A stretch of 64,000 bases of DNA from Candidatus Methylomirabilia bacterium (GCA_041496385.1 JBGQEL010000006.1:26380-90379), one strand, 5' to 3'; positions 11,099-20,670 are shown, counted from the stretch's first letter. Numbers and translations are program-made. The notes: generated by a model not told the origin, from the sequence alone.

Positions 11099-11692
11099 AT
11101 GCCGTTGCCGCGCCCCTTCTACCTGCGCCCCGCGCGGGCGGTCGCGCGCGACCTGCTCGGCTGCGTGCTCGTGTCGCGCCGCGCCGGCGCGGTCACCGCG
11201 GGCCGGATCGTGGAGACGGAGGCGTATCTCGGCCCCGAGGACGGGGCGTCGCACGCCGCGATGCGGCCGGGGAGCCACGCGCTCCTCTACGGCCCCGGCG
11301 GCCACGCGTACGTCTACCTCAACTACGGGATGCACCACCTGCTCAACGCGGTCGCGGGCCCGGCGGGTCGCCCCGGGTGCGTGCTGATCCGCGCCCTCGC
11401 GCCGGTCGCCGGACTCGCCCTGATGGCGCGCCGGCGCGGTGTGCCGCGGAATTGCCCGCGGCTGGCGAGCGGGCCCGGCAACCTCGGGCGCGCGCTCGGC
11501 ATCACGCTCGGGGACAGCGGGGCGGACCTCACGGCGGGCCGCCTGACGATCGAGCCGCCCGATCAGCCACGCGACTTCCGCATCGCGTCGGGCCCGCGCA
11601 TCGGCATCACGCGCGCGGTACGCCTGCGCCTGCGCTTCTGGATCGCGGGCGATCCCTGCGTCTCACGCGGCGCCGCCGCGGGAGGCGCCTGA
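11099..11692 (+). CDS. DNA-3-methyladenine glycosylase (Mpg/AAG family)
   Basis: GRIVETEAY, YVYLNYGMH, VLIRA, GPG.L, RIGI. Confidence 0.92.
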   Translation: MPLPRPFYLRPARAVARDLLGCVLVSRRAGAVTAGRIVETEAYLGPEDGASHAAMRPGSHALLYGPGGHAYVYLNYGMHHLLNAVAGPAGRPGCVLIRALAPVAGLALMARRRGVPRNCPRLASGPGNLGRALGITLGDSGADLTAGRLTIEPPDQPRDFRIASGPRIGITRAVRLRLRFWIAGDPCVSRGAAAGGA

Positions 11693-11699
11693 CGCCGCG

Positions 11700-12452
11700 T
11701 CAGGGCTCCCGGCGGAGCGCCTCGGGGTCGAAGAGCGAGTCGGCCAGGTTGGTGTTGGCCCGGATGGAGCGCACGGTGATCAGCAGGAGGAGCTTGCCGT
11801 TCACGAAGGCCTCCTGCCGGTACGGGAAGTAGAAGCCGCCGACGAGCGGGCGGTGCTCCGAGAACGCGAGATCCAGGAACACCGGCCCGCTCGACAGCCG
11901 CTCGCGCGTGACGAAGCGGACGACGCCGTACTCGCCGTCCACCCACACGGAGGGCACGTCGCGATCGCCGGGCCTGGCGCCGATGACGGTGAGCGTGCGT
12001 CCCGCCACGCGCACGACGTGGCTGACGTCGTCACGCACGCCCTGGGCCTTCCACTCGGCCAGGAGGTCGGCGGCGCTACGCCGCAGGGGCACGAGGAGGC
12101 GCGTGCGATCGCTCCCCCGCTCGCCGCCGGGCGCGTCGTAGACCTTGCCGTCGGCCCGGCGCTCCCAGACCCGGTCGCCGACGCTGAGCCGGACCTCGCG
12201 CTGTCCCTCGACGGTCTGCTCGAGCCGCTGCCGCAGCGGAAGCTTGAACAGGACGCGCTGCTCGCCCGTCGAATAGGGATGCTGCCCGTCCGGGTTGTAG
12301 AGCGTGAGGGTCTGGACGATGACCAGATCGGTCACGTTCACGCCCGCGAGCCGGGTCACGAATGCCTCGACCGCGGGCCGGGCGTCCTGCGCCGTGCTCG
12401 CGCCCGCGCCGAGCGACACCAGAACGAGAAGGAGGACGACGGCGCGGGCCAC
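11700..12452 (-). CDS. Exported protein, possibly LolA-like fold
   Basis: Signal peptide, beta-rich sequence, C-terminal N.NLADSLFDP; divergent from tolQ. Confidence 0.55.
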   Translation of the reverse strand: MARAVVLLLVLVSLGAGASTAQDARPAVEAFVTRLAGVNVTDLVIVQTLTLYNPDGQHPYSTGEQRVLFKLPLRQRLEQTVEGQREVRLSVGDRVWERRADGKVYDAPGGERGSDRTRLLVPLRRSAADLLAEWKAQGVRDDVSHVVRVAGRTLTVIGARPGDRDVPSVWVDGEYGVVRFVTRERLSSGPVFLDLAFSEHRPLVGGFYFPYRQEAFVNGKLLLLITVRSIRANTNLADSLFDPEALRREP

Positions 12453-12503
12453 GTCTCTGGTTATAATGGCTCGGTATCATGAACGCAAACCAAAGGAGCG
12501 CTC

Positions 12504-13214
12504 GTGCCTAGCGACACCCTGAACACCGGCATCCTCGCGCTCGTCTGGAACTCCGGGCCCATCGCGAAGGTCGTCCTGGCCGTCCTGCTGGTCTTCTCGA
12601 TCGTGAGCTGGGCCCTCATCGTGGACAAGGCGTGGCAGCTGCGGCGCGTGCGGCGCCAGACGGTCGAATTCCTCCGGGCCTTCCGCGAGGGCCGCCGGCC
12701 GTCGATCATCCAGAGCGCTGCGCGCCGGCTGCGCGACAGCCCGCTCGCGCAGCTCTACACGGCCGCCTACCAGGAGGGGGCCGGGATGGTGGAGGCCCCC
12801 GACCGCGCGCTCGACGATCTCGACGACGGGTTGCCGCCCGAGCGGCTGGAGGCGGTCCACCGCGCCCTGCGGCGGGCCTCGTCGCACGAGATCGCGCAGC
12901 TCGAGCGCTACCTGCCCTTCCTCGCGACGACCGCGACCGCGACGCCCTTCATCGGCCTCTTCGGCACGGTCTGGGGCGTCATCGCGGCCTTCCACGGCAT
13001 CGGCCAGCAGGGCTCCGCGAGCCTCGCGGTCGTCGCGCCGGGCATCTCCGAGGCGCTCATCGCGACGGCCGCCGGCCTGGGCGCCGCGATCCCGGCCGTC
13101 ATCGGCTACAACTACTTCATCAACCGCGTGAAGCACTGGGCGACCGAGATGGACGGGTTCTCGCTCGATCTCCTGAACCTCCTGAGCCGGCCCGCGCCGA
13201 AAGTGAGCCGCTGA
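12504..13214 (+). CDS. tolQ: TolQ (MotA/TolQ/ExbB family)
   Basis: PFIGLFGTVWG, VAPGISEALIATAAGL..AIPA. Confidence 0.9.
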   Translation: MPSDTLNTGILALVWNSGPIAKVVLAVLLVFSIVSWALIVDKAWQLRRVRRQTVEFLRAFREGRRPSIIQSAARRLRDSPLAQLYTAAYQEGAGMVEAPDRALDDLDDGLPPERLEAVHRALRRASSHEIAQLERYLPFLATTATATPFIGLFGTVWGVIAAFHGIGQQGSASLAVVAPGISEALIATAAGLGAAIPAVIGYNYFINRVKHWATEMDGFSLDLLNLLSRPAPKVSR

Positions 13215-13219
13215 GCGCG

Positions 13220-13648
13220 ATGGCGTTCAACATCGAGCCCTCCGACGGCTCGCGGCGCGTCGGGTCGACGCTGGCCGAGATCAACATCATCCCGCTCGTG
13301 GACGTCGTGCTCGTCCTCCTGCTCATCTTCATGCTGACCGCGCCGATGATGTACCGCGGCATCGACGTCAACCTGCCGAAGGCCGCGGCGAAGCCCACCG
13401 CGGTCGAGGAGCGCCTGGTCCTCACCCTCACGAAGGACCAGTCGCTGTTCCTGAACGACAAGCGCGTCGCGGCCGGCGGCCTCGAGCAGGCGCTCCGCGG
13501 CGCCTTCGCCAACCGGACGGACAAGACGCTCTACCTCAAGGCGGACGCGGGACTCGCCTACGGTGCGGTGATCGAGACGATGGACCGCGTGCGACGGGCG
13601 GGCATCGAGCGGCTCGGGATGGTCACCGAGCCCGCGCGGGAGCGCTGA
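13220..13648 (+). CDS. tolR: TolR (ExbD/TolR family)
   Basis: EINIIPLVDVVLVLLLIFM, V.LP, LKAD. Confidence 0.9.
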   Translation: MAFNIEPSDGSRRVGSTLAEINIIPLVDVVLVLLLIFMLTAPMMYRGIDVNLPKAAAKPTAVEERLVLTLTKDQSLFLNDKRVAAGGLEQALRGAFANRTDKTLYLKADAGLAYGAVIETMDRVRRAGIERLGMVTEPARER

Positions 13649-13671
13649 CGGCCCCCACGGCGGCCCCGGCC

Positions 13672-14496
13672 GTGAGACCGCGAGGGCGCCTCCACGTCGG
13701 TCCCGCGCTCCGGCGGCCCCGGCTGCCCCTCCGCTTCGCGCTCGTCTCCGTGGTCTTCCACGCGGCGTTCGTCGCGGCGGTGCTCTGGGGCAACTCCGTG
13801 TGGGGCGACAGCCGATCGAAGACCGTGTACGTGAACCTCGTGCCCGCCGTCGCCGCCGTCGGCCGCGCGCAGGGCGTCGCCGCGCTCCCGCCCCGGCCCG
13901 AGGACACGCCGCCGCGCGCGGCGCGCACGAGTCCGACCGACCTGCCCACACGCGAGCCGGCACGCGACCTGCCGGCGCGGGACCGTCCGCGCGAGAGCCT
14001 CGGGCTGCCCGATCCGGGCCTGCCCTCGCGCGCGCCCGGCCTTCCGCGTCCGGACGACCGCGATCTCCCGCGCGCGGCGAGCACCAGCGTCCCGCGGCCG
14101 ACACCGGCGCCCGCGCCGGCGTCCACCCCGCGCGAGAGCAGCGCGCCGACCCCGCCGCTCGGCGCGCCGGGCGGCTCCGCGCAGGGCGCCGGCGCGCTCA
14201 CCCTGAACGTCTCGGACTTTCCCCACGCGTGGTACATCGCGGCGATCCACCGGAAGATCAAGGAGCGGTGGGACAGCGTGGCGCTCGCCGGCCAGCAACC
14301 CGCCGTCGTCTTCGAGATCGCCCGCGGCGGCGAGCTCCGCGGCGTCCGCGTGGACAAGAGCTCCGGCAACCCGTACTACGATCAGGCCGCTGTCCGCGCC
14401 GTCACCGAGGCGAATCCCTTCCCGCCGCTCCCCGCCGACTTCAAGAAGCCGGTGCTGACCGTCGGGTTGCAGTTCGCGTTCGATCCGCAGCGATGA
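13672..14496 (+). CDS. tolA: TolA/TonB-family protein
   Basis: TM helix with S..xH, Pro-rich linker, TonB-C-like SSGN...D.AA..AV; lies between tolR and tolB. Confidence 0.75.
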   Translation: MRPRGRLHVGPALRRPRLPLRFALVSVVFHAAFVAAVLWGNSVWGDSRSKTVYVNLVPAVAAVGRAQGVAALPPRPEDTPPRAARTSPTDLPTREPARDLPARDRPRESLGLPDPGLPSRAPGLPRPDDRDLPRAASTSVPRPTPAPAPASTPRESSAPTPPLGAPGGSAQGAGALTLNVSDFPHAWYIAAIHRKIKERWDSVALAGQQPAVVFEIARGGELRGVRVDKSSGNPYYDQAAVRAVTEANPFPPLPADFKKPVLTVGLQFAFDPQR

Positions 14497-14505
14497 GGTA
14501 GCTCC

Positions 14506-15837
14506 GTGAGACGACACAGCGTCGCGGTCCTGATCGCCGTCCTCACGCTCGCGGCCGTCGCGGCGCCGTGGTCGCGCACGCCCGCGCCGCGGGCGCAGGC
14601 CGTGGACGTCTACATCAACATCACCGGCGGCGGCGGCAAGAAGCTCAACATCGCGATCCCGGAGTTCACCGTGGTCGCGGGCGCGGATCCGACCGGTCTG
14701 GGCAAGCAGCTCGCGGCGGTCGCCGGCAGCGACCTCACGTTCTCGGGTCTCTTCAGCGTCGTGGCGGGCACGGGCTCGATTCCCGCCAACAACCCCGACG
14801 CGCTCCGGCGGTCGTGGACGGAGTTCGCGGCGGCCGGCGCGCACGCCGGGGTCCACGGCCTCCTGGCGCTCCGCGGCGAGCGGCTCGAGGGCGAGATGCG
14901 CCTCTACGACCTCACGACGCCGGAGCACCGTCTCATCGCGACGAAGAAGTTCGAGGCGCAGGCGACCCAGCCCCGGCGCCTCGCGCACAAGATCGCCGAC
15001 GACGTCGTCCTCCAGTTCACCGGCGAGGCGGGCGTGGCGGACACGAAGATCGCGTACGTGCGCGGGCCGGCGGGCGCGAAGGAGATCTGGATGGCGGACT
15101 ACGACGGCGCGGGCGCCGCCGCCGTCACGCGCAACGGCTCGATCAATCTCATGCCGGTCTGGAGCCCCGACGCCCGCTCGCTCGCGATCACCTCGTTCAT
15201 GCAGGGCTACCCGGACCTCTACCGCATCTTCCCCTTCGAGCGCCGGCCGGCGCAGACGCTCGCGGCGTTCGCCGGCATCAACTCGTCGCCCGCGTGGAGC
15301 CCCGACGGGCGCTCGCTGGCGCTCACGCTCTCGAAGGACGGCAACCCCGAGATCTACGTCCTCACCGTCGCGAGCGGCACGCTGCGCCGTCTCACGCGTC
15401 ACGCCGGCATCGACACCGAGCCCGTCTGGTCGCCGACCGGCCAGCAGATCGCGTTCGTGTCGGACCGCAACGGCGCGCCGCACGTCTTCGTCATGGACCT
15501 GGACGGCTCGAACGTCCGTCCGCTCACGTCGGGCGGCTTCCACACGCAGCCGCGGTGGTCGCCCAGGGGCGACGCGATCGTCTACACGCAGCGCCAGGGC
15601 ACCCACGATCTCTGGGCGATCAATCCCGACGGCTCGAATCCGCGCCGCATCACCGCGGGGCCGGGCGACAACCAGGGCGCGGCGTGGGCGCCGAACGGCC
15701 GCCATCTCGCGTTCCAGTCGAACCGGCTCGGGCGATGGCAGGTCTTCGCAATGGCGCTCGACGGCGCGCCGCCGCTCCAGGTCACCCAAGGGGCCGGCGA
15801 GTCCACAAGTCCCTCTTGGTCGCCGCGCATGCCGTGA
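14506..15837 (+). CDS. tolB: Tol-Pal beta-propeller protein TolB
   Basis: Signal peptide, AHKIAD, repeated P.WSPDG (PD40) motifs. Confidence 0.93.
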   Translation: MRRHSVAVLIAVLTLAAVAAPWSRTPAPRAQAVDVYINITGGGGKKLNIAIPEFTVVAGADPTGLGKQLAAVAGSDLTFSGLFSVVAGTGSIPANNPDALRRSWTEFAAAGAHAGVHGLLALRGERLEGEMRLYDLTTPEHRLIATKKFEAQATQPRRLAHKIADDVVLQFTGEAGVADTKIAYVRGPAGAKEIWMADYDGAGAAAVTRNGSINLMPVWSPDARSLAITSFMQGYPDLYRIFPFERRPAQTLAAFAGINSSPAWSPDGRSLALTLSKDGNPEIYVLTVASGTLRRLTRHAGIDTEPVWSPTGQQIAFVSDRNGAPHVFVMDLDGSNVRPLTSGGFHTQPRWSPRGDAIVYTQRQGTHDLWAINPDGSNPRRITAGPGDNQGAAWAPNGRHLAFQSNRLGRWQVFAMALDGAPPLQVTQGAGESTSPSWSPRMP

Positions 15838-15892
15838 TAGGATGGTTTTCGATCTTGAGAATCAGCACCCAGAAAGTTCACAAGGAGGTGTC

Positions 15893-16480
15893 ATGGTCAC
15901 GCGTGGGCTGAATTTGACGGTGCTGTCGTTGCTGCTGTTGGGCGTGGTCGCCGCCGGCTGCGCGAAGCGCCCCGCGACCACGTCGGTGTCGGCGCCGGCG
16001 CCGACCGCGCCTCCCGCCGCGGCCGCTCCTGCCGCCGCCGCTCCCATGGCCGCCGCTCCCGCGGCCGCCGCTCCCGCCGCGGCCGCACCCGCCGCGCCGG
16101 CCGCATCCACCGCGCGTCCGTCGCCGGCCGAGTTCATGGCGATCCCGCAACTCGCGGACGTCGGCTTCGACTTCGACAAGTACGATATCCGGCCCGGCGA
16201 CGCGAAGACGCTCGACGCGAATGCCGCCTGGCTGAAGACCAACGCGAATCACCTGCTGCTCATCGAGGGCCACTGCGACGAGCGCGGCACGAACGAGTAC
16301 AACCTCGCGCTCGGCGAGCGTCGTGCCAAGTCGACGATGAACTACCTCGTGTCGCAGGGCGTGCAGGCGAGCCGCATCACGATCATCAGCTACGGCGAGG
16401 AGCGGCCGCAGTGCTCCGAGCACAACGAAGCGTGCTGGAGCAAGAATCGCCGCGCGCACTTCCTCGTCAAGCCCCGCTGA
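15893..16480 (+). CDS. pal: Peptidoglycan-associated lipoprotein Pal
   Basis: Lipobox AAGC, FDFDK, EGHCDERGTNEYNLALGERRA, SYGEERP, NRRA; AAGGAGGT SD. Confidence 0.95.
   Translation: MVTRGLNLTVLSLLLLGVVAAGCAKRPATTSVSAPAPTAPPAAAAPAAAAPMAAAPAAAAPAAAAPAAPAASTARPSPAEFMAIPQLADVGFDFDKYDIRPGDAKTLDANAAWLKTNANHLLLIEGHCDERGTNEYNLALGERRAKSTMNYLVSQGVQASRITIISYGEERPQCSEHNEACWSKNRRAHFLVKPR
15990..16112 (+). repeat. Low-complexity Ala/Pro (AAAP) repeat encoding the Pal linker
   Basis: Tandem GCCGCCGCTCC-like units. Confidence 0.8.
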
Positions 16481-17394
16481 GCCACGCTGAGCCGTTCGCG
16501 AGGAGGAGAACCAAGGTTCTCCTCCTCGTCGTCGTTCTGGCCGCGGGCGGCTGCGCGAGCGCCGCCGAGGTGACGGGCGTCGCGACCCAACAGGATCTGT
16601 TCGAGGTCCGCACGGACCTGGCCCGGACCCAGCAGACCGCCCAGCGCGCGAAGACCGACGTCGACGGCCTCGCCGCACAGCTCGAGCGGCGCGCGCGCGA
16701 GCAGAGCGCGCAGGCCGAGCGCCAGGACAAGGCCCTGGCCGAACGGCTGGACGGCCTCGCCGCAACCCTCTCCGCCCTCGCCGCGCGCGTCGACGAGCTC
16801 TCGACGCGCCTCGAGACGCTCGGCCGCCAGACGCGCGCCGCCACCCCGGGGCCCGCCGCCACGCCCGGCCCCGCGGCGCCCGCGGTGACGGCGACACCCA
16901 CGCGCCCCGCCCCCGCCACCCCGCCCCCGACGTCGCCCGCGCCCGCCGGACCCAGCCGGCCCACGACGGGCGCGCTCCAGCCCCAGGACACCTACCAGGC
17001 CGCGTACATCGATTTCAGCAAGGGCAGCTACTCCCTGGCGATCGCCGGCTTCCGCGAGTTCCTGCGGCGGTATCCCGAGCACGAGCTGGCCGGCAACGCG
17101 CAGTACTGGATCGGTGAAGCGTACCTGAGCCTCGCGCGCGGCTACGTGTCGGGCAGTCAGGCGGACAAGGCGACGGAGTCGCTGAACCAGGCCGTGCTCG
17201 AGTTCAGGAAGGTGCTGGCGAACCATCCGCGCGGCGAGAAGGTGTCGACGGCGATCTACAAGGAAGCGCTCGCGCTGATCGAGCTCAAGCAGCCGCAGGT
17301 CGCGCAGCAACGCCTGCAGTACCTCGTGGACAATTTTCCGCAGGCCGAGGAAGTACCGCTCGCGCGCGAGCGGCTCGCCGCGCTCAAGCAGTAG
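16477..17394 (+). CDS. cpoB: Tol-Pal protein CpoB/YbgF (TPR lipoprotein); start codon unclear
   Basis: Lipobox AGGC, coiled coil, TPR AGNAQYWIGE; follows pal. Confidence 0.85.
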   Translation: MSHAEPFARRRTKVLLLVVVLAAGGCASAAEVTGVATQQDLFEVRTDLARTQQTAQRAKTDVDGLAAQLERRAREQSAQAERQDKALAERLDGLAATLSALAARVDELSTRLETLGRQTRAATPGPAATPGPAAPAVTATPTRPAPATPPPTSPAPAGPSRPTTGALQPQDTYQAAYIDFSKGSYSLAIAGFREFLRRYPEHELAGNAQYWIGEAYLSLARGYVSGSQADKATESLNQAVLEFRKVLANHPRGEKVSTAIYKEALALIELKQPQVAQQRLQYLVDNFPQAEEVPLARERLAALKQ

Positions 17395-17406
17395 GGGGAC
17401 GTCCGG

Positions 17407-17895
17407 CTAGTCGTCGAGCCCGAAGACCCACACGACCGTCATGTCCTTCTCGGGCGCGTGGTAGATCATGACGCTGCCACCGGGATGATCGGTGTCGGCG
17501 GAGCTGACGACGACCGCGTTCTCGAGGGACGTGGGGACGAGCGCCTGCCACTCCCAGATCGTCACGGAGGCGAGCGCCGCGGCGGCCAGCGCGCCGCCGA
17601 GGGCCCAGCGCGGCTGCCGCCAGACGGGCCGGCGCCTGGGCGCGGGCACGAGTCGCGCGGCGTCGATCCCCCGGACGACGCCGGGCCAGAACCCCGTCCA
17701 GTCGGGCTCGGCGGGCACGACGGCCCGGCCCAGCGAGCGCTGGAGGAGCGCCTTCATGCGTCGCAGTCCCTCGGCCTGGCGCTGGCAGGCCGCGCATCCT
17801 GCCAGGTGGCGCTCCGCGGCCGACGCGGCGGCACCCTCCAGGGCGCCGTCGAGATAGGCACCGATTCTCCGCCGCGTCCGAAAACAGTTCAGCAC
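17407..17895 (-). CDS. zf-HC2 membrane anti-sigma factor-like protein
   Basis: N-terminal C..., YLDG.L, HLAGCAAC, single TM helix. Confidence 0.8.
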   Translation of the reverse strand: MLNCFRTRRRIGAYLDGALEGAAASAAERHLAGCAACQRQAEGLRRMKALLQRSLGRAVVPAEPDWTGFWPGVVRGIDAARLVPAPRRRPVWRQPRWALGGALAAAALASVTIWEWQALVPTSLENAVVVSSADTDHPGGSVMIYHAPEKDMTVVWVFGLDD

Positions 17896-17939
17896 GGCTG
17901 TTGGACGGAGCTGCCCCCTGCCCGTATTCTCATGCCGGC

Positions 17940-18584
17940 ATGATACCCGAACGTTCGACGAGCCTGGCGCCCGGCGCCGGCGTCCTACTGGAGGCCAGGC
18001 TCGCCGTCCCGCCCGGGGCATCCGCGGGTGTCGTGCTCTGCCACCCCCACCCGTTGTACGGCGGTGACATGGAGAACCCCGTGGTCGTGCGAGCCCAGGA
18101 GGTCTGCGTCGAGCTCGGCCTGGCCACGCTTCGCTTCAACTTCCGCGGCGTGGGCGCCTCGACCGGCACCCACGGCGGCGGGGCCGCCGAGCAGGACGAC
18201 GCCCGCGCGGCCCTGGACGTGCTCGCCCGCGAGGGGGCGATCCGGTCGCTCGCGATCGCGGGCTACTCGTTCGGGGCGTGGATCGCCGCCCTCGCCGGCA
18301 GCCGCGACGCCCGAGTCGGCGCCCTGGCGCTGATCGCGCCGCCACTCGCCCACTACGATTTCGGCGCCCTCGAGGGCACGCGCGTGCCGACGCTGGCCGT
18401 GTGCGGCACCGCCGACGCCTATTGCCCGCTCGCCGACTTCGAGCGCTTCACGGCGCGCTTCGGATGGGTGTCGCCCGTCGTGGTCGACGGGGCGGATCAC
18501 TTCTTCCTCGGCAAGCTCTACCGGCTGGGCGAGGCCGTCCGCGAGTGGGCGCGGCGGCACGTCGTGCCGGGCGGCGGGAGCTAG
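17940..18584 (+). CDS. Alpha/beta-fold hydrolase
   Basis: HPHPLYGG.M.N.VV, RFNFRGVG.S, GYSFG, DHFF. Confidence 0.9.
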   Translation: MIPERSTSLAPGAGVLLEARLAVPPGASAGVVLCHPHPLYGGDMENPVVVRAQEVCVELGLATLRFNFRGVGASTGTHGGGAAEQDDARAALDVLAREGAIRSLAIAGYSFGAWIAALAGSRDARVGALALIAPPLAHYDFGALEGTRVPTLAVCGTADAYCPLADFERFTARFGWVSPVVVDGADHFFLGKLYRLGEAVREWARRHVVPGGGS

Positions 18585-19186
18585 CCGCGCGGCAGCCGGC
18601 CCGGCGTGGCGCCGCCGGCCGACAGGATGATGCGGATTCCCTCCTCGACCGTCAGCCCGGTGGGGATCACGTCGTCCTGGGGCAGGACGACCACGTCGCC
18701 GAGGTACAGGTTGTTGGACGGGATGAAGACGGTGACCATGTCACGCTTGCCGTCGGGCGTGTCGAGCAGGACCTGGCTCGTCACGAAGCCGAAGGCGTAC
18801 TCGCCGACGCGGGGATGCTGGGCGAGGACGACGGCGCGGAACGCGCTGCGCCGCTCGGGCGAGAACGAGTCGATCAGCATCTTCACCGACGGGTAGAGCC
18901 GCCGGTAGATCGGCACGCGCAGGAGCAGCGTGTCGCCCCAGGCGAGCACGCGGCGGCCGACGACGTTCCGCGCGATCGTGCCCATCAGGAGGATGATGGT
19001 CACCGCCGTGAGGAAGCCGAGCCCCGGCACGGGCCGGCCGAGGATCCGGTCGTAGATGGGGGCGAACACGTCGTCGATGCGGCTCCAGAAGATCCAGAGG
19101 AGCCATGCGGTGAGGAAGACGGGAACCGTGAAGAAGAAGCCCGTGATGAAGCGGACCTTGAGCCAGTTGCGGACGGGACCGGACAT
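18581..19186 (-). CDS. DUF502 membrane protein
   Basis: PGLG, P....LY..VK, VFIP..N, GI..I.S.G. Confidence 0.85.
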   Translation of the reverse strand: MSGPVRNWLKVRFITGFFFTVPVFLTAWLLWIFWSRIDDVFAPIYDRILGRPVPGLGFLTAVTIILLMGTIARNVVGRRVLAWGDTLLLRVPIYRRLYPSVKMLIDSFSPERRSAFRAVVLAQHPRVGEYAFGFVTSQVLLDTPDGKRDMVTVFIPSNNLYLGDVVVLPQDDVIPTGLTVEEGIRIILSAGGATPGRLPRG

Positions 19187-19208
19187 GGTGCGTTCGAGCA
19201 TAACATCG

Positions 19209-19907
19209 GTGCGCCGCCGGGCGCTCATTACGGGCGGCGCCGTGCGCGTGGGGCGCGCCATCGCGCTCGCGCTGGCCGGGGCGGGGTTCGACGTGGCGAT
19301 CGGCTACCATCGGTCGGGGCGGGACGCGGCCGCGCTCGTGCGCGAGGTGCGGGCGCTGTGCGTGCGCGCGGTCGCGCTCCGCGCCGACCTGGCGAAGCCC
19401 CTGGCGGCGCGCGGGCTCGTCGAGGCGGCCGCGCGCCGGCTCGGCGGGCTCGAGGTCCTCGTCAACAGCGCGGCGCGCTTCGAGCGGACGCCGTTCCTGC
19501 GCACCTCGCCGACCGCCTACGATCGCCACCTCGATCTGAACCTGCGCGGCGCGTTCTTCTGCGCGCAGGCGGCGGCGCGCGTGATGGGCCGGCGGGGCGG
19601 GCGCATCGTCAACGTCGGCGACGCCGGCGCCGGCCGCGCCTGGCCGAGCTACGTTCCCTACACGCTCTCCAAGGCCGGGATCGTCGCCCTCACGCGGAGC
19701 CTCGCCGCCGCGCTCCGCCCGCGCGGGATCGCGGTCAACTGCGTGGCGCCGGCCGCGGTGCTCCGGCCGCCCGGCTTCCCGCGGGCGCGCTGGACGCGGA
19801 TCACCCGCGGGCGCGCGGGCGGGGTCGAGGAGGTGGCCGCGGCGGTCGTCTACTTCGCCACGTGCCCGCCGCGGGTGACGGGACGGGTGCGGACTATCGG
19901 CGCCTGA
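19209..19907 (+). CDS. SDR oxidoreductase (pteridine reductase/FolM-like)
   Basis: TGGAVRVG, YHRS, LVNSA, YTLSK, VNCVAP. Confidence 0.85.
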   Translation: MRRRALITGGAVRVGRAIALALAGAGFDVAIGYHRSGRDAAALVREVRALCVRAVALRADLAKPLAARGLVEAAARRLGGLEVLVNSAARFERTPFLRTSPTAYDRHLDLNLRGAFFCAQAAARVMGRRGGRIVNVGDAGAGRAWPSYVPYTLSKAGIVALTRSLAAALRPRGIAVNCVAPAAVLRPPGFPRARWTRITRGRAGGVEEVAAAVVYFATCPPRVTGRVRTIGA

Positions 19908-20601
19908 TTCGCCCGCCGCCCATCGTCTGCAGAAAGTCGGCCAGCGACGGGAAGCGCATGAAGGGGTTCCCCCGCTTCTCGTCGCCGATCGTCGAGGCGG
20001 GGCCGCCGTAGTTGTGGCCGGGGAGCAGGATCGTGTCGTCGGGCAGCGCCGCGAGCCGCTGCGTGAGGGAGTAGTACATCTCCGCGGGGTCGCTCCCGGG
20101 CAGGTCGGTGCGGCCGCACGAGCCGATGAAGAGCGTGTCGCCCGAGACCAGGCGCCCGTCCACGAGGAAGCACTGCGAGCCCGGCGTGTGGCCGGGCGTG
20201 TGCATGAAGGTCAGCTTGAGCCGCCCGACCATGAGCGTGTCGTGATTGTCGACCTGCGCGAGGTCGGAGCCGAAGCCCCGGAGGAACTCGCGCTCGGCCT
20301 TGTGGACGTAAACCTTCATCGGCGCGCGCGCGAGGAGCTCCTCGACGCCGGGGATGCGGCCCGGCATCCCCCAGGACTCGAGGCTGCCGCCGACGTGGTC
20401 CTGGTGCGTGTGCGTGACGAGCGCGCCCGTGAGCGTCATGCCGTCGGCCTGGACCGTGTCGAGGAGCGTGTCGATCTCCCAGGCCGGGTCCACCACCACG
20501 CATTCGCGCGCCACCGGGTCGCCGATGAGGTAGACGAAGTTCTGCATCGGCCCGAGCTCCATCTGCCGCACGTAGATCGCGTCCCCACTCACGGCGTCCA
20601 T
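19894..20601 (-). CDS. MBL-fold metallo-hydrolase (glyoxalase II-like)
   Basis: THTHQDH, TPGHTPG, GDTLF, GRTDL, PGH. Confidence 0.9.
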   Translation of the reverse strand: MDAVSGDAIYVRQMELGPMQNFVYLIGDPVARECVVVDPAWEIDTLLDTVQADGMTLTGALVTHTHQDHVGGSLESWGMPGRIPGVEELLARAPMKVYVHKAEREFLRGFGSDLAQVDNHDTLMVGRLKLTFMHTPGHTPGSQCFLVDGRLVSGDTLFIGSCGRTDLPGSDPAEMYYSLTQRLAALPDDTILLPGHNYGGPASTIGDEKRGNPFMRFPSLADFLQTMGGGRIRRR

Positions 20602-20670
20602 GGTACCCTGCGCGAACGGAGTGCGCTAGAATCGGCGCGCGCGAACGAGATTTCCGGAAGAGGTGGGTGG

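Noticed and set aside
16840..16960. Pro/Ala/Thr repeats in cpoB, and similar repeats in tolA and pal
   Set aside because: Ordinary flexible linkers
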